Below, piece by piece: positions 21,713 to 32,226 of a DNA stretch of 64,000 nt (within the stretch, counting starts at the first letter, position 1; each line of letters begins with the position of its first letter). Origin of the DNA: Candidatus Parcubacteria bacterium (lineage in GTDB: Bacteria; Patescibacteriota; Patescibacteriia; CAIXNZ01); contig JAPLYG010000013.1 of NCBI GenBank assembly GCA_026395685.1, positions 387 through 64,386 of the forward strand, written 5' to 3'. The position numbers and the translations under genes are program-made. The notes under the pieces are model-generated. The model was not told the origin of the DNA. It did no database searches and was given only the letters and a program-made list of their open reading frames with translations.

Positions 21713-22843
21713 TTAGTGTGAAACTTTTTTTGCCATTGCGGCGATTAATTTTTCTTCATTTGTTGGCACGACTACAACTTTGAATTTTGGCAAATCTTTT
21801 AAAATCAGACTGCGCACAATTTCACTTCTTTCTCCTATACCGGCGGTAAAAGCAAGGGCATCAACCTTTCCTAAAATCACGCTGTAAGCTCCGATATACT
21901 TTTTAATATTATAGATAAAAATGTCTAAAGTCAACCTGGCAATTTCTTTCTCTTTTTTACTGACTTTTTTTGCTATTTTAAAATCTTTAACCGCGTAACC
22001 GGCTTTAACCAGAATTTCCCGCATATCCAGACTGCCGGACAAGCCAAACAAGCCGGAACGCTTATTTAACAAGTCATTGACTTCATCTTCAGACATTTTT
22101 AAGCGACGCATTAAATATAAAGGAATTGCAGGATCAATACTGCCGCAGCGGGTGGACATAACTAAACCTTCCAACGGCGTAAAACCCATGGAAGTATCAA
22201 TGGCCTTGCCATTTTTAATCGCCGTAATACTACAACCCGAACCTAAATGGCAGGTTATCAAATTCAACTTACTCAACGGCTTTTTTAATTTCAAAGCTGT
22301 CTGTTCAGCCACATACTGATGCGAAATCCCATGAAAGCCATAGCGGCGAATTTTATAACGCTGATAATAGCTTAAAGGAATAGCGTAAATATATGCATGC
22401 TTAGGCAAAGTCTGATAAAAAGCAGTATCAAAAACCGCGACATCAGCAGCCCGCGCTAGATATTTTTGGCTGGCTTTAATACAGCTAATTCCGACCGGAT
22501 TATGAAGCGGCGCCAGTTTATTATTAGCTTCCAGCTTAGTTAAAAGCTTTTGGGAAATTAAAGCAGGTTTGGTAAATTCCTCACCGCCGTGAACCACACG
22601 ATGTCCTACCAAAACAATTTTTGGCTTCAAATCTTCAATTTTGGAAACCATCAGCCGAAAAGCCTGTTCATGAGTTTCTACCTCATTTATATCCTTCTTA
22701 TCTCCAATTTTAATAAACGAATTCATCAGGCCAATGCGCTCCACAATCCCCTCCCTGACCAATTTTAAATCAGAAAAGTTAAAAATCTTAAACTTCAAAG
22801 TCGCGCTGCCGGCGTTGATGACTAGAATGTATTGTTGATTCAT
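21713..22843 (-). CDS. ackA: Acetate kinase
   Basis: INAGSATLK, GHRVVHGG, APLHN, YGFHGISH, SMGFTPLEG, FTAGIGE. Confidence 0.96.
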   Translation of the reverse strand: MNQQYILVINAGSATLKFKIFNFSDLKLVREGIVERIGLMNSFIKIGDKKDINEVETHEQAFRLMVSKIEDLKPKIVLVGHRVVHGGEEFTKPALISQKLLTKLEANNKLAPLHNPVGISCIKASQKYLARAADVAVFDTAFYQTLPKHAYIYAIPLSYYQRYKIRRYGFHGISHQYVAEQTALKLKKPLSKLNLITCHLGSGCSITAIKNGKAIDTSMGFTPLEGLVMSTRCGSIDPAIPLYLMRRLKMSEDEVNDLLNKRSGLFGLSGSLDMREILVKAGYAVKDFKIAKKVSKKEKEIARLTLDIFIYNIKKYIGAYSVILGKVDALAFTAGIGERSEIVRSLILKDLPKFKVVVVPTNEEKLIAAMAKKVSH

Positions 22844-22963
22844 AATTTTACTATTAGTGTTATGTGGACAGGTAAAGATGCTGGCAAGTGCTTAGTGCTA
22901 TATTTTATAATTACCTAACCCACTCCGATTCACATACTAGTTTCCTAACCTTTACACCCAACA

Positions 22964-23557
22964 CTATTTAACAACCTTAAACATCCCCCCATGCCCCGGT
23001 ATAATATAATCCGCTAACTTCACCACCTTCTCCTGACTTTTAATCAATTCCTTTTTGTCCTTAACAACAATATTTTTCTCTTTTTGTTTAGAAACAAATA
23101 AGTCGCCGGCAATAGCAATAATCCCCTTCTCTGTTTTGGCAATTACCGTACATTCGTCCATTTCATGTCCCGGCGTGCTGATAATATAGACATTCGGGGT
23201 AATGATATTCTTCCCCTTATACAATAAATCCAAATCAACTTTAAACAGGTCGCCTTTATAGCTGGTCAAAACATCGGTAATAATCGCCTTTTTAAATAAA
23301 TGATTATTAGCCACATGATCGGGATGATGGTGGGTCACAATGACATAATGAATATCACTTGGTTTTAAGCCTTGTTTTTTCAAAGCTGCAAGCAATTCTT
23401 TCTCAACTTCATGATTGCCCGTATCAACAATAATGTTAACTTTATTATCCCGGATTAAAGTAACAGTTGAGCTGGCTTTGAATTTATTGCGTTCCTCATT
23501 TAACCAGATAAAATATCCTGACAGAAGAACTTTTATATTAGCGAATTGTTGTTTCAT
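22964..23557 (-). CDS. MBL-fold metallo-hydrolase
   Basis: THHHPDH, TPGH, AGD, IPGHG. Confidence 0.9.
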   Translation of the reverse strand: MKQQFANIKVLLSGYFIWLNEERNKFKASSTVTLIRDNKVNIIVDTGNHEVEKELLAALKKQGLKPSDIHYVIVTHHHPDHVANNHLFKKAIITDVLTSYKGDLFKVDLDLLYKGKNIITPNVYIISTPGHEMDECTVIAKTEKGIIAIAGDLFVSKQKEKNIVVKDKKELIKSQEKVVKLADYIIPGHGGMFKVVK

Positions 23558-23673
23558 ATTTTATAATCATCAATAATCAAACATCAATATTCAAACAATA
23601 CCAAATAAACAAATCCAAAACTCTAAACTTTAGGAGATTGGAATTTTGAATTTAGAATTTGCTTGATGATTGA

Positions 23674-24249
23674 TTATTGGTCATTGATTATTAATTCAGC
23701 CGTCATCCCCGGCTTCCACCCGCAGGCATTGCCTTCATCAGTATCAAGCTGAAATGATTTTTTAAAGTTTTTTTCCAGACGCACAGCCACTTTGTTAAAA
23801 ACTAATCCCCGCGGTCCGGTTATTTTCATGCTGACAAACTGGCCATTTTTTACTTTTAAAACCTTGGCTTCAGCAGAAGAAACATGCAGATGCCTCTGCG
23901 CCACAATCAAGCCCTGTTTCAACGTTACTTTGCCCTTAGGACCGATTAAAACAGCACCTGGTGTACCCTTAATATTGCCGGATACTTTAAGCACCGGCTT
24001 TACTCCCAGACGATAGCAATCCGTAACCGCTAATTCCACTTGGGAATCTTTGCGCAAAGGTCCGACAATACGGACTTTAAATTCGCCTTTTGGCCCTTTC
24101 ATGGCCACCTCTTCCGCAGCAGCATACTGGCCCGGCTGGGAGATCATTTTCAGGACCTTAAATTTATGATTTTTACCAAATAAAATATCAGCGTCTTTTT
24201 GATTCAAATGGCAATGGCGAGCCGATACTTCAACTCGTATTTTAGGCAT
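23674..24249 (-). CDS. pduL: PduL-type phosphotransacylase
   Basis: VSARHCHL, QPGQYA, RIVGPLR, VAQRHLH, DTDEGNA. Confidence 0.92.
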   Translation of the reverse strand: MPKIRVEVSARHCHLNQKDADILFGKNHKFKVLKMISQPGQYAAAEEVAMKGPKGEFKVRIVGPLRKDSQVELAVTDCYRLGVKPVLKVSGNIKGTPGAVLIGPKGKVTLKQGLIVAQRHLHVSSAEAKVLKVKNGQFVSMKITGPRGLVFNKVAVRLEKNFKKSFQLDTDEGNACGWKPGMTAELIINDQ

Positions 24250-24282
24250 AATTAGAAATTACTTCTAATATTAAATTTAAAA

Positions 24283-24495
24283 CTATTTTCCTGTACGGCA
24301 ATAATACATGCGGTTTAAATCATTCTCGGCATAAACCGGACAAGTGGGGCAAACACATCCGTCAGACTTTACCTCGCAAGATGTTTTCTCCTTAGCGCAA
24401 TAAAGTAACTCTGTCTTTTGGCTCATACATTCATTGTATGAGGGACAGTTGGGGCAGGTGCATTTGACACTATTTTCTTTGTTGTCTAAAACCAT
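24283..24495 (-). CDS. Small Cys-rich protein (DUF2769-like)
   Basis: CTCPNCPSYNECM...LLYC...GCVCPTCPV...YYCRTG. Confidence 0.7.
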   Translation of the reverse strand: MVLDNKENSVKCTCPNCPSYNECMSQKTELLYCAKEKTSCEVKSDGCVCPTCPVYAENDLNRMYYCRTGK

Positions 24496-24703
24496 AATTT
24501 TATCAAATAATTCGTTAACTTTATGTTTACAATTATACCACAAAAGCCGGGTAAGAAAAAGTTTTTAAAGATAAATCATTATCTTGACAAACCCTGATTA
24601 AGTTGATACTTTTAAAAGTCAGATGGGGCTGAGATACCATAGCCGCATAATTGTTCATTTTACACAACCTAAACCTTGGTTAAACAAAAACGGAGGCCTG
24701 CTC

Positions 24704-25138
24704 ATGGACGCGAAAAAGATGGAAGAATTATTGCATCAATATCCCTTTCTTTGGGGAGTATCAAATCATTGGGATCCGGAAAGTACTGAAATCTTAGTCA
24801 CGACAATTGATGAAGAATTTCTTAAACTTCAGTGCTACGACATCCGTAATCATGTGTTTTTTAAAACTTTGAATCCTCACTGGCTACTTGGAGTTGATCT
24901 GGCAAGGTATGAGCGTGCAACTCTGGCTACCGGCATAAAAGGCACTTTAAAATGGTTCAAAGAAAAAGTGAAGTTAATGCACTTTGATTGTATTATTCTA
25001 CAAACTACCGGCAGAATCTTCAAATATACTATTTTTCTTCCTGACAAGGAAAAAACATTAGCCCAGATGATTGAAGATTCATTAGATATGTCATTTATGG
25101 CATCGCATGATGACCAAGATTCGCCAGAAAATACTTAA
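24704..25138 (+). CDS. Hypothetical protein (orphan cassette)
   Basis: GGAGG before ATG at 24704; TTGACA near 24584; terminator follows. Confidence 0.7.
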   Translation: MDAKKMEELLHQYPFLWGVSNHWDPESTEILVTTIDEEFLKLQCYDIRNHVFFKTLNPHWLLGVDLARYERATLATGIKGTLKWFKEKVKLMHFDCIILQTTGRIFKYTIFLPDKEKTLAQMIEDSLDMSFMASHDDQDSPENT

Positions 25139-25151
25139 AAAAACGCAAACA

Positions 25152-25180
25152 AAAGACCACCGCAACTGCGGTGGTCTTTT
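25152..25180. terminator. Bidirectional intrinsic terminator
   Basis: AAAGACCACCGCA-AC-TGCGGTGGTCTTT between convergent genes. Confidence 0.75.
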
Positions 25181-25205
25181 TCTATCTAATCAATTTTCTA
25201 ATAAT

Positions 25206-28205
25206 TTATCTTTGCACGCCAGAATAAGCAATCGTTCTAAGAATATCCCAGTTCACTGCAGTTTTAGGATAATAACCAAAGATTCCCTTGAAAATTTTAA
25301 TAGCTGCTGATTCTGAAGCCACGTTCCTGGGTTGCGGTCTCATGCCATAAGCCATAATCATAATCGCTGCTGATTCTTTAGCATTATTTAAATCTGCTGT
25401 TCGCAAGTAAACTTTTTTGAAATTTGCCTGGGCTCTAGTTTCAGCAACGGTACTTGTTTGGTTTGGCCAGCGTCCATTAGCAATCTTGATTGCATCGCGC
25501 CATTGTTCTTCTGTTTTGGGCAAACTGCCAAAAGCTGTTTTATATGAGTTCAAAACGCCAGCTCTTTCCCCGGCTCCTAATTTTAGAGTTGTTTTAGTGC
25601 CATAAGCCAAGAAATTAGTAACTGCTCTGACGCTGGATTCATTACCAGCGCTAGCCAACTTTACTTCAGGCGCCAGTAAAGCCAAATATTTTGTATTCAT
25701 GCTTTGTTCCAAGGCTAGATTGCGAGTCATGTTCATATAACCTAAAAGCAGATCAAGATCACCCGGCCAGATATAATGAGCATCATCATAGATTTCAGCC
25801 AGCTGCAATTCGCGATCTTCTACATATTTTTCTCCCAAAACTTCGCCTTCTACTGTGCCTGGATTTTCTGTGATTGCTGTTTGGCCGACAGTAATAGAAT
25901 CAGAAACAACAGCAGTTGTATTACCATAACTGTCTTTGAATTTAGCATATACATTTTTCAAGCCTTCACCGGCAGTTAAGGTCCAGGACTTGGTTGTATT
26001 ATATGCTTCCCAAGTTAAGGCGCTGAAATCTTCGGTATTACTAATCATCATTTGCAGCGGAACATTATAATCTTCAGCAAATAATGATAAAGTAACTTCT
26101 GAAGTTTGGGTAGTAGCATCGCCATTATTAATTTTAACAGAAGCATTTACCGGAGCAGTAGTATCAGAAGATCCGCCGACGCCACTAATGACCGGGCTAT
26201 AGACACTTACAGTTCTTGTTACCTGTACTGCGGCATTAGCGCTCGAATCAGAAACATTATAGGTAACAGTATAATTGCCGACAGTGCCGGTATTTACGGC
26301 AACAGCATTAATTGAAATTTTTACAGTGATATCGCCGTCATAATTATCAGCAGCAGTAGCGCCTAATTCAATATAAGGAGTGCCTAATTTTATCAATTGA
26401 GGATTTGCGCCTGTTAAAGTAATCACGGGTTTAATTGTATCAACAACATTAACAGTACGGCTTAATTGCACAGCTGCATTGCCATTGGAATCAGTTACAT
26501 CATAAGTAACATTATAACTGCCCACAATTGCGGTATTAACTGCAGCTGAATTTATAGTAATAGGAGTGATAACACCGTCAAAATTGTCAGTCGCAGTCGC
26601 GCCTAATTCTGCATAAGCATCACCAACATTTATAATCTGAGGATTTACCCCAGTTAAAGTAATAACCGGTTTAGTGGTATCAACTACATTGACAGTGCGG
26701 ATTGCCTGCACCGCTGCATTGCCATTGGAATCGGTTACATCGTATGTAACAGTATAGGTGCCTAGAACACTGGTATTTATAGCAGCTACGCCGCCAATAA
26801 CAATTTTAGCGCTTAAATCACCGTCAACATTATCAATTGCTGTTGCGCCAAGCTCCGCATACGGAGATCCATATTCAATATTTTGAATAATAGTACCTAA
26901 TAAAGTAATAATCGGACTAGTTTTATCAACAACTTTAACAGTTCGAGTAACTTGGACTGCGACATTACCATTGGCATCAGTCACATTATAAGTAACAATA
27001 TAGTTGCCTACTGTGGTAATATCAACAGCAGAAGCATCAATTACTAAAGACCCTGAAATATCGCCGTAAAAATTATCAGAAGCAGTTGCGCCTAATTCCA
27101 CATAAGAAGTATTGATTAAAATCTCTTGAGGATCACTGCCTAATAAAGCAATTACCGGAAGAGTTTTATCCTCAACTTTAACAGTTCTGGTTACTTGTAC
27201 TGCTACATTGCCATTGCTATCTGTAGCATCATAAGTGACTGTATAACTGCCAACAGCACCGATATTTACAGCAGAAGCATCAATAACAGGAGAAATTGCC
27301 ACGTCATAATTATCAGTAACAGTTACTCCCAATTCAGAATAGGCATTGCCGATTTCAATAATTTGAGGGTCAGCGCCGTTTAAAGCAATAACGGGCTTTG
27401 TTGTATCAACCACATTTACCTGTCTCAAAGCTTCAATCGCCTCATTAGTATCAGAATCCGTAACATTGTAGCGAATATTGTAAGAGCTGACTACTGCCAT
27501 ATTTAAAGCAGATGAATCAGTTTTAATTGAACCTGTTAAATCACCGTCTTTGTTATCGGTTGCAGTTGCGCCTAAGTCAGTATAAACGCTATTAACTTCC
27601 AAAGTAATAATATTTGCGCCGGTTATGGTAATTACGGGCTTAATGTAATCTACAAATGCCGGGTAACCCTTACTAACAGAAGTGACCATGGAAATATCTC
27701 CAGGTCCAATATAACCGTCTCTGTCAGAATCACCACAGATATTTGCCGGTATTCTTCCAGTCGCCATCTCCACGAGTATTCCCACGTCTTGATAATCAGC
27801 CACCAAATCGCCGTTTACATCACCATATATTGTCTGGCACCTTGGCAAACGATAGGGATTATAAAAGCTATGCTCATAAAGATGGGCGCTGGGTACAGCT
27901 AATCCGTTTTTAACATAGTTGATCAATTGCTGTAGAGCAGCTATATCCCCAGGGCCGATAAACCCATCAGCCGAAATATCTGCGCAGGCATTAAATGGGG
28001 CGAGCCCTTTTGTCATTTGCGTCATAACAGCAATATCATTAGCATTAACAAAGGAGTCATGATTTAAATCACCCATAACGCCATTCGTGGCATCACAATC
28101 TGCAGATTCAGGGAAAACAGTAACAGCTCTGGTATCTACGGCATAAAAAGAAGTTGTGAATAAAACTAAGATAAAGATAAATAAAACAATTGTTTTATTT
28201 TTCAT
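25206..28205 (-). CDS. Secreted protein with two dockerin-like domains, about five Ig-like (DUF5011-type) repeats and a C-terminal helical domain
   Basis: [13 protein letters not shown]...[13 protein letters not shown] and GDVNGD...[13 protein letters not shown]; repeated [11 protein letters not shown]...[11 protein letters not shown]. Confidence 0.85.
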   Translation of the reverse strand: MKNKTIVLFIFILVLFTTSFYAVDTRAVTVFPESADCDATNGVMGDLNHDSFVNANDIAVMTQMTKGLAPFNACADISADGFIGPGDIAALQQLINYVKNGLAVPSAHLYEHSFYNPYRLPRCQTIYGDVNGDLVADYQDVGILVEMATGRIPANICGDSDRDGYIGPGDISMVTSVSKGYPAFVDYIKPVITITGANIITLEVNSVYTDLGATATDNKDGDLTGSIKTDSSALNMAVVSSYNIRYNVTDSDTNEAIEALRQVNVVDTTKPVIALNGADPQIIEIGNAYSELGVTVTDNYDVAISPVIDASAVNIGAVGSYTVTYDATDSNGNVAVQVTRTVKVEDKTLPVIALLGSDPQEILINTSYVELGATASDNFYGDISGSLVIDASAVDITTVGNYIVTYNVTDANGNVAVQVTRTVKVVDKTSPIITLLGTIIQNIEYGSPYAELGATAIDNVDGDLSAKIVIGGVAAINTSVLGTYTVTYDVTDSNGNAAVQAIRTVNVVDTTKPVITLTGVNPQIINVGDAYAELGATATDNFDGVITPITINSAAVNTAIVGSYNVTYDVTDSNGNAAVQLSRTVNVVDTIKPVITLTGANPQLIKLGTPYIELGATAADNYDGDITVKISINAVAVNTGTVGNYTVTYNVSDSSANAAVQVTRTVSVYSPVISGVGGSSDTTAPVNASVKINNGDATTQTSEVTLSLFAEDYNVPLQMMISNTEDFSALTWEAYNTTKSWTLTAGEGLKNVYAKFKDSYGNTTAVVSDSITVGQTAITENPGTVEGEVLGEKYVEDRELQLAEIYDDAHYIWPGDLDLLLGYMNMTRNLALEQSMNTKYLALLAPEVKLASAGNESSVRAVTNFLAYGTKTTLKLGAGERAGVLNSYKTAFGSLPKTEEQWRDAIKIANGRWPNQTSTVAETRAQANFKKVYLRTADLNNAKESAAIMIMAYGMRPQPRNVASESAAIKIFKGIFGYYPKTAVNWDILRTIAYSGVQR

Positions 28206-28315
28206 AAGCTAAATTTTTAATTAAATTTAAATTAATTTATTTAAAGACTTAATAGTTTAGATATAATCTTACACTTTTTTAGCAAATTTGTCAATAGCCG
28301 AGTTTTGGCTAATTT

Positions 28316-29524
28316 CTAGACAATTATTAGTAATACCAACATTACGATCAGTCCCAAGGCGGAAAAAATAAGGTGAGGATGCTGCTTTTTGATTTCAATA
28401 AAGACATTCAGCGCTAAAGAAATTACGGCAATCAGCAATAATATCATAAAATATATCTTACTGGCGCCGACTAATGATTTTACCCCCTGGGCATTGCTTT
28501 GGCTGATATATAAATACTGGCGGATTAAAGAAGGCCTGATCTGCTCAATATTTTTCCAATTAATATCAGCTGTGGAAACATTGCCGGCCTGATCATAGGC
28601 GCTTAAACTGGCCAGGACCACCGGATTAAAAAGATTTTCCTTTTCCGCAGCAGGAATAATCAGGCTACCACTCCATTTATTAACATCATTTTCAACCGGA
28701 TATAATTCAATAATATTATTCTTGTAATAAACCTCGGCCTTAACAGTATCAGCGCTTAAAAAGGCCATTACTTCAAGCACTTTATCCTTGCTGGCCACAG
28801 GCTGATGCACAAAGATTTTGGTCATTTCCAAATCAATATGAGGAGGCACATTATCAGCTTCTGTTTCAATAAATTTTTCTCCCTGGACAAGCGCAATACT
28901 TACAGCAGACCTTGTTTTTTCCGTTTTGCTGTTATTTATAGAAATATTCTGAACCTCTATTATTTTAGGCGCAGCTAAATATTGAGTAACCATTGTGGTA
29001 TCATGTCCTTTAAAGACACCGCTGACCATTGAAACGCCGATTTCTTTAAAATCTGAGTCGATTAAATTGGCATTATGAGTTTTACTCAAAGTCCAGGCCG
29101 TAAAAACTTCCTTAGCGCCGGAAAAGCCCATAGCTAAATTTTCACCGACTGCCGCATAAGAATAACCAACACCCCTGATCCAATTCAGAGCGTTTTTATT
29201 TTCCGGGCTAAGATGGGCAAAATACTGGTTAACCATCATATCCTGTGCCTTGTTATAAGCAGCCTGATTCAGCAAAGCATTTTCCTGAAGCATCGGGAGA
29301 TTTAATTTTTGACGCAGTTCATTGGTTAAAGCAATTATTTCCTTGCTTTCTGCAGTCATAACATCAGGAGTCAGCCAGGCTCTGGACGGTAAAACCAAAA
29401 GAGCCATTAAGACAAAAATCTTAATTATAACAGCAGCCGCACCGTGAAAAAACAACCTTTTGGGATGCAGAATTTTCGGCTGATAATCATTAGCCTCGTG
29501 AGGAATAAATAAGTCTTTTAACAT
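28316..29524 (-). CDS. CAP (SCP) domain membrane protein
   Basis: LTNELR, KAQDMMVNQYFAH, GENLAMG, WTLSKTHNANL. Confidence 0.88.
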   Translation of the reverse strand: MLKDLFIPHEANDYQPKILHPKRLFFHGAAAVIIKIFVLMALLVLPSRAWLTPDVMTAESKEIIALTNELRQKLNLPMLQENALLNQAAYNKAQDMMVNQYFAHLSPENKNALNWIRGVGYSYAAVGENLAMGFSGAKEVFTAWTLSKTHNANLIDSDFKEIGVSMVSGVFKGHDTTMVTQYLAAPKIIEVQNISINNSKTEKTRSAVSIALVQGEKFIETEADNVPPHIDLEMTKIFVHQPVASKDKVLEVMAFLSADTVKAEVYYKNNIIELYPVENDVNKWSGSLIIPAAEKENLFNPVVLASLSAYDQAGNVSTADINWKNIEQIRPSLIRQYLYISQSNAQGVKSLVGASKIYFMILLLIAVISLALNVFIEIKKQHPHLIFSALGLIVMLVLLIIV

Positions 29525-29586
29525 ATCAAGAAATTATAACACCAATTGACGTAAATGTCAATCTTGAAATAAAATTATTAAATAAT

Positions 29587-32205
29587 TTATTTGCTAAAAC
29601 TAGAGGTCCATTGAGGCTGACTGGGATAATTTCCAGTCTTTAACATTTCCTTCCACTTTTCATCGGTCAAACGCTCAGCCATAGGCATTTTGAATTCGTA
29701 ATAAGAGAAAACCGGTCCGGCGCCGAGCAAGATGCGGTTATCCGGCAGTTTATAGGCAACAATTAGAGTTTTAATCCAGCCGGTTGCCTCTTCCAGAACT
29801 TTTTCCGTATTGCCGTCAGTATGGACATCGACAACCAAAGTGGATTTCAGAATTTCAGGATCAACATCGCCTCCGGCCACAATGTCAATCAATCCTTTTG
29901 ATGTTTTGCCGAAACTTTCAATAAAGCTGTATTCATCATCAGTTAATTTTTCATTTGCCAGTTCTTTTTGAGAAAGTTCCAATAACTTGCTTAAAATGCC
30001 ATCAAAACGCTCCAAAGCAACAGTGATGCTCATTTTATCCAATTGCTCCTCAGGCACTAATTTTTCCATGCCTGTTTTGGTCAAACGGGTCAGATTCAAT
30101 AAACGGTTATAAAATTCAGGGTTGGGTTCAACATAGCCCACTGCCGGTAATTCCATAGCACCGCCCATTTCAGCTATTGTATAGCTTTGTTTCACATACA
30201 AAATCGTATCGTGGCGCAATTCAGTCCAGGAAGATAAAGCAGTGTTTAAATTTTTATCCTGCCAGGCAGGCTGCTGCATAAAGGTCTGATTGCCGGCTGT
30301 CGGCTTATCCAAAAGCGATTGCAGAACATAAAGCCAATTGTAATAAAGATTCTGGTACCAGGCATCATCGGGCAAAGCTTTTATTTCCTGACTTAATTTA
30401 TTAAATTTACTTTGATAATCTGAATAACTCGCATCGCCGTTTTCTTTCATTATTTCCAGTGCGCGCTCAGAACCAAAGATCGCCATAATATCCAAGCCAG
30501 TCGGAAAACCGCGGACTTCCCTGCCCTCATCACAGCCTTCAACATTAGTTTTTACCCAAGTAAAGGGGCGGCTATCCTGAGCATATTCATCATTCCAGGC
30601 AAAGGTAAACGGCTTTTTATCAGTAGGCAATTTTGTATCAGGACCTGTATACTTGCCGGTATAAGGCGAAACAATTTCCGAAAATAAATAAGAATCTACG
30701 GTAAAACGCTGCCCCATTAAACGAAAGCCTTTGGTACTTGCCAGTAATTCCTGAGCCTGTTTTTTCAAAGCCTGCAACTCCTGATCATCCAAAGGCGGAC
30801 AAGGCATTATCATTTTGCAGGCGCCTAAACCGCCGTAAATTTTCGGCCCATAAGTCATCTCATTCAGCGCTGTTTTAAATTCCTCATACTTTTCCAGCAA
30901 TTTAGCACTGGAAATTTCCTGGCCAAAAACTTTTTTCAAAGCTTGCCCATATTCATATGGCCCCAGATCATCGGCAAACCCGACCATATATGAAGTAATG
31001 GCATACATGCGCTGCCACTTATCCTGTATTTCCTGACTGGTTAAAAATTTCTTGGCAATTAAGCCTGCCTGCAAAGTCTGAAGCTTGGCATCTTCAACCG
31101 AGATGATTCCCTCAGTTGTGCATTTTGCTGTTTTCGGTGCTAAATTTGGCGAACCCTGAATTAAGGCTGTCATGCGGCCGTACCAAATCATAGCTTTAAA
31201 ATAATTCTTCAGTTTTTCAGTTTTGGTATAATGGCCGCGCGGTACATACTGGGAATAATCTTCTTTATAAACAAAAATCGGAGATTCTTTCCAGCCGGCA
31301 TGAGCTGTAATTAATTTAACTTCACTTGCCACCTGTTCTTTAACAAAATCAGGCACTGTAAATTCATATTTTTTTAAATCATCATTAGAAAAATATTTAT
31401 AACTGGCCTTGTCTCCGAATTGCTCTTTTACCCCTAAAAGCATCATGTTGCAATATTCCTCATCAGCCCCTTCATAGCAATATTCACTTCTCAAAGTATC
31501 ATCAGTAAAAACCTGATCAACTTTGGGCTTCAAAAGTTCCAGAGCCACTGCCAAATAAGCAACATTTTGCTTAGCTGCTTCTTTGATCTCGCCCTCTGAT
31601 CCGTTATAAATTTCCAGATTATCATTATATAAGTCTAGGCTCATCTGCCAGATATCATCATAGAATAAATCCCGTTCCAGTTTCATTAAAGTCGTATCAA
31701 AGAAAATATGGTAATAATGCAGCAAACTGTCCGTGGTCACAAAAAGCGGAATTTCTTTAGTTTTCAGCGTGCTGTAAAAATCAGCGAAATCATCAGCATT
31801 GCCTGTAATTTCTTTTGGGGTGTCAATTGCCACAAAGCCATTTTGCAGCAGAGTATTTTTCGCATTGCTGTCCAAGGAAATCTTTTTGGCAAAATTCACG
31901 GCATTATTAATGTCTTTTTCTGCCAATGGCAGCTTATATTGCGGGATTTGGGCATTTACCTCAATCCTCTCAGTTTTAATATCAGCGGGATCAATTAATC
32001 TTTTGGCTGCCACAGTGGCTACTATCGGAGCTGGCTTGTCCCAATCCTCATTAACTATGGGCTGGTTATTTTTATTTTCTAACACCTCAGGCGGATTGGT
32101 AACATAATTATAAACAAGATACCCTACTGCGGCTGCTAAAATTACCGCGCAAAAAATTAAAACAATTAATGTTGAATTAGAAACGCCTGCTGATTTTTTA
32201 AACAT
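29587..32205 (-). CDS. DUF3160 domain protein
   Basis: EDYSQYVPRGHYT, FRLMGQRF, SWTELRHDTILYVKQS, GPVFSYYEF. Confidence 0.88.
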   Translation of the reverse strand: MFKKSAGVSNSTLIVLIFCAVILAAAVGYLVYNYVTNPPEVLENKNNQPIVNEDWDKPAPIVATVAAKRLIDPADIKTERIEVNAQIPQYKLPLAEKDINNAVNFAKKISLDSNAKNTLLQNGFVAIDTPKEITGNADDFADFYSTLKTKEIPLFVTTDSLLHYYHIFFDTTLMKLERDLFYDDIWQMSLDLYNDNLEIYNGSEGEIKEAAKQNVAYLAVALELLKPKVDQVFTDDTLRSEYCYEGADEEYCNMMLLGVKEQFGDKASYKYFSNDDLKKYEFTVPDFVKEQVASEVKLITAHAGWKESPIFVYKEDYSQYVPRGHYTKTEKLKNYFKAMIWYGRMTALIQGSPNLAPKTAKCTTEGIISVEDAKLQTLQAGLIAKKFLTSQEIQDKWQRMYAITSYMVGFADDLGPYEYGQALKKVFGQEISSAKLLEKYEEFKTALNEMTYGPKIYGGLGACKMIMPCPPLDDQELQALKKQAQELLASTKGFRLMGQRFTVDSYLFSEIVSPYTGKYTGPDTKLPTDKKPFTFAWNDEYAQDSRPFTWVKTNVEGCDEGREVRGFPTGLDIMAIFGSERALEIMKENGDASYSDYQSKFNKLSQEIKALPDDAWYQNLYYNWLYVLQSLLDKPTAGNQTFMQQPAWQDKNLNTALSSWTELRHDTILYVKQSYTIAEMGGAMELPAVGYVEPNPEFYNRLLNLTRLTKTGMEKLVPEEQLDKMSITVALERFDGILSKLLELSQKELANEKLTDDEYSFIESFGKTSKGLIDIVAGGDVDPEILKSTLVVDVHTDGNTEKVLEEATGWIKTLIVAYKLPDNRILLGAGPVFSYYEFKMPMAERLTDEKWKEMLKTGNYPSQPQWTSSFSK

Positions 32206-32226
32206 ACTTTTATTTATTGAATTAGT

